From Amphiscolops sp. MND2022 (lineage: Eukaryota), in the NCBI GenBank assembly GCA_964187785.1, contig OZ076409.1, positions 49,416,001 through 49,480,000 on the forward strand: 64,000 nt of DNA, given 5' to 3'. Below, piece by piece: positions 35,454 to 46,600 of this stretch (its first letter is position 1; the number at the start of each line of letters is the position of its first letter). Position numbers and translations under genes: made by a program. The notes beneath the pieces were generated by a model. The model ran no database searches, was not told the origin of the DNA, and was given only the letters and a program-made list of their open reading frames with translations.

Positions 35454-37084
35454 TGTCGCAGGCTCCCGCCTGCGATGGGAACTTTTACACCATCAATTAC
35501 AGCTGTTTTCGCGCCCTCCCAGGTACTCTACCAATAAACTAGAGGAAAGGACCATGTGTCCCATTGTCATGACGGGACAAAACTTCAAACTGAGCTTGTA
35601 ATATTTTTACGGCATGTCTATCATTCTATTTTCAGTTTTGACAGCCTTATATATATAATCTTGTGCAAATTAGTAATCGGAAATACCATTTGGTTATTTG
35701 AAAACTTTGAAGTTGATTTTGATATATTGATGCATGTAAATAATGTATGTTTAAATGTGTTAGCTAAGAAATTGGACACCAAGGCGTACAGGCAAAGGAA
35801 ACGAGTTCAAATGTTTCCTTTCCTGTCTCGCTGGACACGCAGTCCGTTCAAATTCTTAGCCAATCAGAACACGCCATTCATTTCATTCACTGTGCGCAGT
35901 ACTCTAAATTAAAGGACTCAAAGGCCACGCGCCGTCAGCTAGCAGTAATTTGCTGCCTATTTACGGTAAATGGACACTGAGTCCAAATTGAAGTAAAGTG
36001 CAATTTACAGTGGTAAATAAAGGCTATGATTGGTGTTTCTAATAAATACTCGTTTTGATGAAGATTACTGGACCATTTGTACCATTTGATGCTAGATACT
36101 AATAATTTACATGAATACTCAGATTAATGAATTGGTACATGTAAGTTATGGTTGATCAAATGTAATTGCATGTAATGTTGCTTAACCTCACACATGAAAG
36201 GCCTTGAAGGATGCTTGGACCTACAATCCTTCTATATATGGAATTGTTGAAGGCGCTTAAATAAATCACCCCTTTGAAGTGACCCTTTCGTCATGCCGCC
36301 TTCATGGCTATAAATAGTAGGTGCTATTTTTAGATAGCTGTGAAGGCTATTTTTAGAACGTGACCCTCATTATTTTGCAAGTCATGTAAACCTGAGTATA
36401 TATACCGCGGACCCTAGGTCCCAAGGACTTTTTCAATTTCCTTGATACCGTAATACTCAAACTTGTAAAATCGTTCCAACATACTCTGTTTGCAAGCCTG
36501 AGAACTTAATTTAAATTCTTACCTCTTGCAATAAACTCTTATGCCTTCCACAAGAAGACAGAAAGCGAAAGCTAGAAAATCCAAAGAGATGGACATGTTG
36601 TCCGATATGGACAATTTAGACGTGATGATAGGGAGTGAAAGTCCTTTAGAAAGAGAGTTAGCAGATGTAATAGACCAATCTTCCATTAATGGTGACATAG
36701 AAACTGATAGTCACTCGAGAAATGATCTTGGAGATTTCATTCAAGGAAATGAGCCTCATGGTCGAAATGACATAAGACAATCCTTTGAAACCCTTTCAAA
36801 TGAATTTAATCTTAGGTTATCTCAAGAGATGGATTCCATGATGGCCATGGTACATAGTCAGATAAATAGAGCAATCAGTACTGCCATATCAGAGAAGGTG
36901 TTACCGGAGATTCAGAATATTGTGAGTTCAATGTCTTCCTCTGGAAACAGGGACACTGAGGCTAGCATGTCCCCTGACAGTCAGGAAAATAGGGAAAACC
37001 CATCTGGCTTGAAAACAAAATTATTGAAAAAGGATTCACGGTCCGTTGGTGATTTGAGAGACACCACGGGACGTGGCTCTTACA
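35454..37084 (+). repeat. Element C 5' LTR (1631 bp)
   Basis: TGTCGCAGGC...CTCTTACA; direct repeat of 49606-51236. Confidence 0.97.
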
Positions 37085-38223
37085 TGGTGACAGGAGCTAA
37101 CGAAGCCCAGCAGCCTATACCTGAATTTCTCACTGGACGAATCCACTCAATCCCGAACCTAGAGAGACAGCAATCTAACCACAATGTCTCTCTGGACACC
37201 ACTCTGCCAGCGCCAGAACCAGAGGCCACAGAGCCACCTCAGGACCCGCTCAATAGATTGGCCGATGTACTAGTCAATTTGCAAAACAAACCCCAAACGA
37301 TGACTATCCGGCCTGTCCAAACAACCCCTATGACGTTTGACGGAAAGAGTGAGAAATTCGAACTCTTTGAAGATTTGTTCCACACAATGATCAAAATGCA
37401 ACCGGCCATGACAGAGCAAATGAAAATTAACCATTTCCATTCACTGCTCAGAAAAGGAGCCTTGCAGACCTTCAGGAACATAAACTCAATTAACCGCCAA
37501 ACACTCGAGGACGTACTGATCATATTCCGGAGAAAATATGTCAAACCGGAATCCCAAGCAACGGCAAAACACAAATGGCATCGGTTGACGTTCGACCCGA
37601 ATACCATGAAACTGCCGGATTTCTTAGAAGAACTGAACCAGGGGGCAGAAAAAGCTTTCGGTGAGAATGCAAAAAGCATGATTGACAGCTTATTGTATGC
37701 AAAACTGCCTCCAAAATTAAAACGATCTGTCAATATGGCCCGCCTGGAGAACGGGACATATGAGGAAATCGTCGCTCATCTTGAAAGAGAGCTTGAACTC
37801 AACGCATTAGAAGAGTCAGACGATTTGCCAATCGCCACAATGGCCTCTGCGTCCACCAGTAACAACAATCTGCTCTCTAATGGCATAAATACTAATAAGG
37901 ACGCACAATGCTCTTATTGTAAAGCCACAGGCCACTTTTATAAGAGCTGTCCCAAATTGAAAAAGAAGAAAGAATTGGAGGACAAAAATGGCAAAAAGCC
38001 CCAACGTCCCACATACCCAGAATGTCCTACTTGCGGAAAGAAAAATCACCCCGTTGAAAGATGCTGGAAAGGGGCTGGAGCACAACTACGTCCCAAAAGG
38101 ACAAGACCCGAAGATAAAGCCGATGAAAACTCCGGCGATGAAAAGTTGTCTAAAAAATCAACTAACCCCGAAACTGCATCTTCGAGCCAATCAAACCCAC
38201 GAAAAACGGACTCAAAAAACTAA
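36541..38223 (+). CDS. gag: Element C Gag (560 aa); first ~181 codons lie inside the LTR; two CCHC knuckles
   Basis: MTFDGKSEKFELFEDLF capsid-like segment; knuckles CSYCKATGHFYKSC and CPTCGKKNHPVERC. Confidence 0.93.
   Translation: MPSTRRQKAKARKSKEMDMLSDMDNLDVMIGSESPLERELADVIDQSSINGDIETDSHSRNDLGDFIQGNEPHGRNDIRQSFETLSNEFNLRLSQEMDSMMAMVHSQINRAISTAISEKVLPEIQNIVSSMSSSGNRDTEASMSPDSQENRENPSGLKTKLLKKDSRSVGDLRDTTGRGSYMVTGANEAQQPIPEFLTGRIHSIPNLERQQSNHNVSLDTTLPAPEPEATEPPQDPLNRLADVLVNLQNKPQTMTIRPVQTTPMTFDGKSEKFELFEDLFHTMIKMQPAMTEQMKINHFHSLLRKGALQTFRNINSINRQTLEDVLIIFRRKYVKPESQATAKHKWHRLTFDPNTMKLPDFLEELNQGAEKAFGENAKSMIDSLLYAKLPPKLKRSVNMARLENGTYEEIVAHLERELELNALEESDDLPIATMASASTSNNNLLSNGINTNKDAQCSYCKATGHFYKSCPKLKKKKELEDKNGKKPQRPTYPECPTCGKKNHPVERCWKGAGAQLRPKRTRPEDKADENSGDEKLSKKSTNPETASSSQSNPRKTDSKN
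37085..37096 (+). promoter_or_regulatory. Primer binding site of element C (TGGTGACAGGAG)
   Basis: Directly after the LTR CA; identical to A and B. Confidence 0.85.
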
Positions 38224-41200
38224 TTTCGCCACGACTCCAAATATGTAACAAGATGTCAGTACGACAGTACGTCATATCTGACCCTGCAAACATTACATAT
38301 AAACAAACCCAAAACGACACCACAGGGATGCCATCGACTGTCTGGCAGCAGCAGATGGCCGACGCCCGCAGAGAAACTCAATATATCATCCATAGTGATC
38401 ATCCATACTTATATCGACGGAACAGTAACCGCAACGACTTGGAAACTCACTTTCGCCCTTTAAAAACTGTCGAAGATTATAACCCTCAATACTATGACCC
38501 CGAGTATGGCAAAGACCCATACTGGGACGAAGAACTATACGACAAAACCAATTTACAATTTCGAAATGAAGATTACCCCCCAACTGACGACGAGGACGAC
38601 CCAGACATTGAAGATAACACACTGTCTCGGGCCCTCATTGATCTTTGGCAGCCGAACTTTGAGGCAACTATACAAGAAGTAGACACCATACACACACAGG
38701 AGGACCACAAGGCTCCTAATAGTCTTTTAGATGAGACAGTCTTCTTACACCTCCTAGTGACCAACGAAGGAGAATTACCATACGTTCCCCTTTCAACAAA
38801 CCTTGGACTTAAATTCAAACGACGAATGCTCTATTTCCCAATGGACTTTGGGGAATTAACTCTAGATGGCCTGATAGACACTGGAGCTCACTCCAGTGCA
38901 ATCCCGGAGGCAGACCTCAGGAAAATACGCCTATTGGCCCCTCAATCCATTGTAAAAGAAGGTCCTGCCCCATCTTTCCAAATAATGGTCGCAAATGGAG
39001 ACTTAGAAACCCCAAAGAGCACAGTCGAACTAAAATTCGAAGTGGGCGACATAGAATTTCACGAAATTTTCATTGTAATGGAAAAACTGTCAAGCCCTAT
39101 AATTGGACTAATGTTCCTTCAAAGGAACCACACTGTCCTGGATATGCGCCAAGGTATACTCAACTTCCCCTATTTTTCGATGCAACTCAAGACGGCTGAC
39201 CATAAATACTCAAATGTTTTGGAACCCATCCTCAATCCTGAGGATGTCACAATTCCGCCCAATGACCATGTGGTCATACCCATTCAATCACAAATTTACG
39301 CAGAAAATGCAGTTACGGGCATATTGCAACCCAGCGATCTTCTGCACGAAGAAGGCGACATAACCTTCTGCGCCGCCATAGTCACATTACACGAAGGGGC
39401 TATGAGAATACACGTTAACAATTTCACTGATCAACCCTATAAAATAAAGAAAGGGATGCACATTGCAAACTTCTCAGTGATGACCCCTGAACAGATGAAA
39501 CACGTCAGGCCAATAGACCCAGTGTCCACCTGGCACTTACTGAATGAAAATGAAGACGACGCTATTTATTATATAAGTAGCCTTCTTAAAGCTAACAGAA
39601 ATAATGACCAATACGAACAATATTGGTTCCCGACGCCTGAAAACCCAGGGGACGAAACGACCCACACCCCAATACAACAAAGAATTCTCAAAGAATTACG
39701 AAATCTGCAAAGTTTAGAACAACTCAACCCGCACGACGATACGGAATCTCGTCGAAAATTTCTCAGTAATTTTGATTGGAAGGATTCAATGTTACAACAA
39801 CATGAAATCAGACAAATAGAAACTCTATTAGTGGAATTCCATGACATCTTTGCGCGCCATAGATTTGACATTGGCGTCAATGAGGAATTTACGGTCAAAC
39901 TGACCCCAAAAGACGAATCACCTGCCTACAGTCAGAGCCTACCTACACCAGTCAACCTCAAAGAGGACATATTGGTCGAACTGGCGTTACTTCATAAATA
40001 TGGTATTATAACGACATTACCATTCTCAAAGTATGCCAGTCCCATTTTCGCGCAGAAAAAGCCCAATGGGAAATTGAGACTGTTGGTTGATTTGAGGAAA
40101 ATAAATAATCTCATCTCAGACGATTATATCAACAACAATCACCCAGTCAGTACCCTGACGGACGCGGCGCAACACATGGCAGGCAAAAAGCTCTTTTGCA
40201 AACTTGACTGTTCTCAAGCTTATCATTGCCTTCCTATGGCAGACCAGAAGTCGATTGAAATGCTAGCTTTCAACTTCGCCAGCAGGACATTTGCATATAG
40301 AAGATTAGCCCAAGGACTCAGTAGAGCCCTGTCGGCCTTCTCCAGTTTCATGAGGGAATACTTGGATCGTGTCATAAAAGCAGACCAATGCGCTCAATAT
40401 GTGGACGATATTGGAGTTGCGGCGACAGACGCCGACCAGCTTATCGTCAACTTAAGAGCAACTTTCCAATGTATCCGAGAAGCAGGATTGAAATTGTCCA
40501 TGCACAAGTGCCATTTCGGCGCTACTGAAATTGACTTTCTTGGGAGAACCATTACACCTGAAGGCGTAAAACCCCAAAAAGAAAGAATCACTAACTTCTT
40601 GGAAAAGACGAAATTCCCAAAGTCCAAGAAGGCCTTACAACGCTACCTTGGTTTCCTCAATTACTACAGGAATTATATTCCAAGGCTATCTGAAAAACTA
40701 GTTCCCTTCTTCCAATTACTCAAAAAGGATGAAAAGGTACTAGTTACGCAAGAGCTAGTTGAACAATTTAATGAGATCAACCGCGATTTAGACCGATGCA
40801 GTCAATTGGCGTTGAAACAACCTCTGCCGAACAAACAACTGGTCCTTATGACTGACGCGAGCTTTACAGCAGCCGGTTACGCCATATTGACCGAAGACGA
40901 CCCAAATCAAAAATACACTTCTGTTAAAAAGTCCTATGCGCCGATTGCATACGGATCCAAAACTTTCACGCCTTCTCAGCTCAAAATGTCGATATATGCA
41001 AAGGAATTCCTAGCTATATATTATGCATTTAAGGAGTTTGGACATATCTTTTGGGGAACACCTCAACCCGTGATTATCCTCACAGATAACAAATCGGTCA
41101 CAAGGTTCTTCCAAACAAAGATAATTCCACCGCCTCTCTGGAATGCTTGTGATTTTGTCATTCAATTCAACTTCATTATAGCTCATATTACAGGCAAAAA

Positions 41201-43418
41201 CAATACAGCGGCAGACTACTTGTCCCGTATGGAAATGGACCCTAGTGAAAAGTTAGTCCTGAAAATACGAGAGGACGTAGAAACTAGACCAATCGAGGTC
41301 AATGTCCAATCAGCCGGCGTATCAGAAGAAGAGCAAATTTTCTTCACCGAGGACGACAACGAAACAGAGGAACAGATTTGGAAACGCAAACAACAATCCA
41401 AAAAAGGACTCATGGTCCCTGAGACAGTAATCCAAATTGACGCTATATCAGAAAATACCGTCGAAGAGATTACTAATTTCACGCAGAAATTAAGAAGAAC
41501 AAATCAGATACTGCTTGAGCAATCCAGAGACCCGATTCTCCTCCAATTGAAGGCGAAACTTCAAAAAGAAGAATACTCTGAAGAAATCCTTCAACAGGAT
41601 ATTCGGTACAAGTATTACTTGAACAACATAGACCGAATAGTCCTCAAAGACGAGATAGTGACACGGCAGTACTACGATGAAACCGGACAGGTCAAATATC
41701 ATCAAATCTTATTGCCAAAGCATTTGCTCAAAGAATTATTACAAGCAATACATGGCACGGCACATCGACACCCGGGCATTTCTAAAATGCTACAAGAAAT
41801 TCGCCAGAAATACTACTACCCCGGAATTGCTAAACACGTCAAAAAATGGGTAGAAGGCTGCGAAACATGTGCCAAGGACAAAAGAGTCCCCAACACGGTA
41901 ATCACCCCAGAATTACTGAATTTACCTGAATGGGACCTAGGCCCAGAAGATGCCATGCAAATTGACTTATTACCAAACTTACCAACTAGCGGCGGATACC
42001 AAACGGTGATGACGGCAATAGATGTATTTTCAAGATATTTATTCGCCTACCCGCTAATTGAGGCAACAGCCGCAAACGTAGCCAAGGTGATAATTGACAT
42101 CATGACGAAACATTCGTATTTGCCAACAACACTCATCACGGACAAGGGATCTGCATTTACATCAAAAATTTTAGAAGAAATTACTGCAATACTGGGGATC
42201 ACATTGAAGTGTGCCACTACTAAACATCCGCAAACTATTGGTAAACTCGAAAGGACACACGCCTCTTTAAAAACCAACCTAAAGATGGCCTCAGGGGAAT
42301 ACCGTCGTCAATGGCACAAATATTTACCATTAGCTGTGCTTAACTATAACACTACTTATCACGCTAGCATTGGTTGCGAGCCTAGCAAAGTCTTTCATGG
42401 CCGCATTCCCTATAACGTCCTGGATCACAAATTAGGGAATAATCCTAACAAAAATTTCCTACCGACGACTGAATTCGCGGAAGAATTACAGCAGAGGACG
42501 CAAATCCTCATTGATCAGACCAAAAAGAATATTATGCAGTCGTATTTAAAGTACAAGGAGTACTACGACCGCAAGGCCAAAGCGGCTCCGCTACAAGAAA
42601 AGGACTATTGTTTTGTTCTTCAACCAAAAGCGGATAGTCAAGGCTCTAAAATACCATTCAGGGATTTCCGTTGGATTGGTCCTTTTGTCGTTCAAAAAAC
42701 TCTACCAAATAACAATTACATAGTGCGTCGTTTAAATACGAATAAAACGCAAATTTTGCACCGGATAAGGCTCAAAAAATTTGTCCCAAATGCTCCATTA
42801 GAGGACAAATACCAAGAAGAGAAATTGCAGCCTGATGAAGAAATCGTAATACCGCAAGATGACTTGTATACCATTTCATGGGAAGCGGACTTTGAATACG
42901 AGCAATTCGAGCCGAAGAAAAATGATTGGCCAGACACGGCCACGCGTCTACCGCAAGACGCCACGAATGGTGGAGTCGACTATTACGTCACCGAGAATGA
43001 AAGCAGCAGAGCAAATGAAAGTGAATGCAGCAGCGAGAGAATGAATGAAAATGACGTCAGCGAAAACGAAATAAGGCCGAGACCGGCTAGCAGCCGTGAC
43101 GCGTCGTCCCTTCCACATGAATCGACTACTGGGGCGGAAAATGCAAATGACGTCAACGAGAATGAAATAAGGCCGAGACCGGCTCGCAGCCGTGACGCGT
43201 CGTCCCCACTGAGCGAAACGCCACGTGGGACGGCAAATCAAAATGACGTCACAAATGATTTAGAAAATGCAGAAATTGCTTCAAAAGGAGGCGTAGATAT
43301 TACCGTGCCCGGAATATCGGAAAATGGAAAAGATGAAGAAACTTCTAGCCCTAGAGGAGGGAAATATAATCTTCGACCTAACCCCACCCCCAACTTCACT
43401 GATGAATACAGATACTAG
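38214..43418 (+). CDS. pol: Element C Pol (protease, dUTPase-like, RT, RNase H, integrase), expressed by -1 frameshift
   Basis: 1721-aa ORF from 38253, open back to the slippery site at 38214. Motifs: LIDTGA, YVDD, MTDAS, HHCC, integrase core, GPF. Confidence 0.96.
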   Translation, partial: KKLISPRLQICNKMSVRQYVISDPANITYKQTQNDTTGMPSTVWQQQMADARRETQYIIHSDHPYLYRRNSNRNDLETHFRPLKTVEDYNPQYYDPEYGKDPYWDEELYDKTNLQFRNEDYPPTDDEDDPDIEDNTLSRALIDLWQPNFEATIQEVDTIHTQEDHKAPNSLLDETVFLHLLVTNEGELPYVPLSTNLGLKFKRRMLYFPMDFGELTLDGLIDTGAHSSAIPEADLRKIRLLAPQSIVKEGPAPSFQIMVANGDLETPKSTVELKFEVGDIEFHEIFIVMEKLSSPIIGLMFLQRNHTVLDMRQGILNFPYFSMQLKTADHKYSNVLEPILNPEDVTIPPNDHVVIPIQSQIYAENAVTGILQPSDLLHEEGDITFCAAIVTLHEGAMRIHVNNFTDQPYKIKKGMHIANFSVMTPEQMKHVRPIDPVSTWHLLNENEDDAIYYISSLLKANRNNDQYEQYWFPTPENPGDETTHTPIQQRILKELRNLQSLEQLNPHDDTESRRKFLSNFDWKDSMLQQHEIRQIETLLVEFHDIFARHRFDIGVNEEFTVKLTPKDESPAYSQSLPTPVNLKEDILVELALLHKYGIITTLPFSKYASPIFAQKKPNGKLRLLVDLRKINNLISDDYINNNHPVSTLTDAAQHMAGKKLFCKLDCSQAYHCLPMADQKSIEMLAFNFASRTFAYRRLAQGLSRALSAFSSFMREYLDRVIKADQCAQYVDDIGVAATDADQLIVNLRATFQCIREAGLKLSMHKCHFGATEIDFLGRTITPEGVKPQKERITNFLEKTKFPKSKKALQRYLGFLNYYRNYIPRLSEKLVPFFQLLKKDEKVLVTQELVEQFNEINRDLDRCSQLALKQPLPNKQLVLMTDASFTAAGYAILTEDDPNQKYTSVKKSYAPIAYGSKTFTPSQLKMSIYAKEFLAIYYAFKEFGHIFWGTPQPVIILTDNKSVTRFFQTKIIPPPLWNACDFVIQFNFIIAHITGKNNTAADYLSRMEMDPSEKLVLKIREDVETRPIEVNVQSAGVSEEEQIFFTEDDNETEEQIWKRKQQSKKGLMVPETVIQIDAISENTVEEITNFTQKLRRTNQILLEQSRDPILLQLKAKLQKEEYSEEILQQDIRYKYYLNNIDRIVLKDEIVTRQYYDETGQVKYHQILLPKHLLKELLQAIHGTAHRHPGISKMLQEIRQKYYYPGIAKHVKKWVEGCETCAKDKRVPNTVITPELLNLPEWDLGPEDAMQIDLLPNLPTSGGYQTVMTAIDVFSRYLFAYPLIEATAANVAKVIIDIMTKHSYLPTTLITDKGSAFTSKILEEITAILGITLKCATTKHPQTIGKLERTHASLKTNLKMASGEYRRQWHKYLPLAVLNYNTTYHASIGCEPSKVFHGRIPYNVLDHKLGNNPNKNFLPTTEFAEELQQRTQILIDQTKKNIMQSYLKYKEYYDRKAKAAPLQEKDYCFVLQPKADSQGSKIPFRDFRWIGPFVVQKTLPNNNYIVRRLNTNKTQILHRIRLKKFVPNAPLEDKYQEEKLQPDEEIVIPQDDLYTISWEADFEYEQFEPKKNDWPDTATRLPQDATNGGVDYYVTENESSRANESECSSERMNENDVSENEIRPRPASSRDASSLPHESTTGAENANDVNENEIRPRPARSRDASSPLSETPRGTANQNDVTNDLENAEIASKGGVDITVPGISENGKDEETSSPRGGKYNLRPNPTPNFTDEYRY

Positions 43419-43612
43419 TCAGACATGTAAATTAAAGTCCCATAAGTCTCTTGGACTAAACTAATATTTTTTACTGGGACTACTCTGACTCCGAACTTTT
43501 CAAATAAATACAACAAACAACATACAAAACGCTTCAATAAATAAAAGGAAGATCAGTTCGTTTATGTTAAATACAAAATAACAGACTAAAGAACAAATGT
43601 ACATATGTACAT

Positions 43613-46600
43613 TTAAGATTTAGTGGTCTTCTGTCCAGATTCCTGTCCGCTTGCGGTACCCTTCTCAGTTTTGGAGCTATCGAAAGAAACTTTCTTTTTT
43701 CCTTTCCCAGGAGAAGATTTGCGTCGAACAGCAGCAGGAGAATTAGATCGTGAACCAGTTTTACTCGAAGAGGCTGACCTTGGCGCCCGGACCACAGATT
43801 CGTAAGCGGCATGGAGGGTCTTATAAAAATCAGCTCGCCCAAAAGTGTCGACGTGAACCCAAGGGTCACCAGCCACATTGCCAGAATTGAATTGCTGTTC
43901 AACCTCACGATATTTACACAAAGAGACATCATTAGTGCAAACTGAGATGGCGTCAGGGACTCGTGCTAGGAAGGACTGAGCAGGGAGCAACACGTCACCC
44001 AATCTACACCGAGGACTCTGCGCGTCAACGTCCTGAAAACGGATATATGGAAGCAATGGGGTGTCCTCTGTCAAGCACAAACAGCACAATCGAAATAAAC
44101 GATATAAATGATGTCGACTTCGGAGCTCAGCCATATTAGATAACAGCTCCACTATATCAGTAAAACCATCAGGCGAATCTTCCAGGGCGGCATACTTTTC
44201 GCGAAATAAGTCGACAAATTCTAGGTACTCGTCGCGACAGTCGTCTTCAGAGGATCCTTCCAACCATCCACGGAGATTGAAACTGTGATACAGTGCTCGG
44301 AAACAATAGGTCGCCTGGTCCCGAGGCAAACGCAAGAGGATGTGCGGGTCAAAACTGGCCATTCCCTTCACAATCTCAGCATTGATGCTGTGATGCGCTA
44401 GCAGCTTCTCAAGAAGGTAGACAACGTACCCCCTTGCCTTTCCAGCGAATTTCTCCTTGCATTCCTCAACGAGCTTGGAGAAATTAGGTATCGGCCCTTC
44501 CTTGTCACTGTGATCTCGCTTGACCTTAGATTCAGCAGCTCCATCTAGATCTTCTTTCAATTTCAATCGATGGAGAAAATCCCTGGAGGAGAGTTGTCGC
44601 AACTCAGCAGTCCGCAGAATGGGTAGTTGGGTCCAATCAGTTTCGCTGGGATGATGCTTGGGGAGCAGAGAGCGATAGCACAACTTGCGGATGAAATTAT
44701 TTAACTGCCCAAAGGTGAAGAAGCCAGCGTCCCTGTATCCAACTAGACTTCTCTCAAAGCAGCGAATATCTAAACAGAGAAATGGACCTCTGAGCATAAC
44801 ACCTTACCCGGTGAGTCCCTGTGAAGAAAATGCGTGAGCGACCACAAGTAAATTCCCTCCGAAACGAAAGCAATACTCACAATCATAGACGATCTTTCCA
44901 AAGAATTCCAACTTGACTAGGAAGAAGTCATCGGAGATGATAGTCCACTCCAGACTCTGTGGCTAAAAGGAAACAAGAGCAACTAATGGATAGTGACCTT
45001 GGGATCACACGTCATGAGGAGAAAATCGAAAAAGGGACAAAGAAAAATTGAAACCTTATTTTTAACTCCTCGCATTTCGTAACCAGGGGCAATCCTAGTC
45101 AGGTGGTCAAGAATTGGCTGCCAGTTACTGATCAATTCGGTACAAATAGCTGGAATGCACCGTATCTTCAGGTCAAAGTTGCTTATAGCCTAAAAGGAAC
45201 ACTCCCTGCTATGAAATGTACAAACATTGTGCAGACATGTGGGTCCAACAATATTAATTCAAACCTTGGCCAGTTCTGGGCAAGAAGACATCCAAGGCTC
45301 ATCAAGACTGTTGTTGAGGAAGGCCAGTAGGTACTTCAGCTGTGTGAAGAAGTCAATCCGCCCAAACACACTACCTTCAAGCTGGTGCATTAGCTTGGGG
45401 AGAGAGAAGGCATTGAAACGGAATGGGTACTCGATGCCCTTCTTGAACAGCCCGGAACGTTCAACTGATCGCAACACTTCAGATGTGCACCCAGATATGC
45501 AGGCAATTTGTGGCAGCGTGGAAAGGAAGGAGAGTAGACGGGAAATCATCTGTAACTGACTGGGGCCAGGGTCCGAAGGTAGAGGGTATTTACACAATTG
45601 GACCTTGGTCAGGATCCCCACCTTCCAGTACCTAATTGAGAGGATGCACTGATTTCCATGTGGCTCAAACTCCAGAGAGTACGCTCCACAGGAATTCACA
45701 GACTGAGCTATATCCTCCATTCCTCGCAAAAAGACGTGGTGAAACATGGCCTGGAACAGAACGAAATCACTAAAAACTTAGAAAGAACAAACTATAATCT
45801 GATGGACTTAGTGGATTAAGTGACACCCTCAAAAATCATACGTCTGGTGATCCTAATTTGCAGAAAAGATGAAAAGACTTACAGTGAGCGTGAGTGAACT
45901 CCAGTCAAGCTGTCGGAAAGAGTCTTGATGGTTGGTGAAGTTCCCAACCTCGGCCCACAGTCCCTCCAGTATAGCCAAGTTGCCGAAATGCGGAACTGCT
46001 CGTCCGATCAATGAAAGTTGCGTACCCAACCTCAAATCTTCAGGGCATGCGATTCCACCAGCACTAGCCATGTAGTCGTCATAAAAGGGGAATCTAGGGC
46101 CAATGTCCACTAACGGAGCCGATTCGAAATGGGGCTTCTCTTTCTCTAATTCTAGAGCGGATAGAAGATGTCCGTCTTTCCCTCTAACTGCATGGACGGT
46201 TTGTCCACTGAGTTTGTCCACCCTACTAAGGTGTTCGAAGCGCCATCTTTGGTCTTTGCGCAAATGGGTCTCGCTCTGGTAGTGTCTCACGATCTCTCTG
46301 GCCCCTTTGGTATAAATCGACACATTCGTCTTGCAGATCTGGCAGTAGAATTTGTGCTTGTTATGCACAGGGTCTAGGGGTCCAGTCACGAAAACTTTGG
46401 TCCACTGAATGCCTTTGAAATAGGCGGCTTTCATGATCTTGCCAGGCCTGCCTACAAACCTTCGCTTCTTGCGTGGTGGACTGCCTCCTGGTCGACGTGA
46501 TTGGTCTTCTCCCCGTATGGCACTTAGAGGTTGATAGTCCCCCTCGCTGTAACCTGGGCTAGGGACTGTAGTGTGGCTGGTACTAGGGACCTTGTCCATC

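Noticed and set aside
35556..35912. 118-aa ORF duplicated at 49708-50064 (likewise 6881-7243 and 20522-20872)
   Set aside because: The duplication simply reflects the LTRs. AT-rich, no motifs, and no counterpart in the other LTRs.
43537..43546. Sense AATAAA just after the pol stop (also at ~15392 in B) as an internal poly(A) site
   Set aside because: The hexamer is common in this AT-rich DNA; cannot be supported without 3'-end data.
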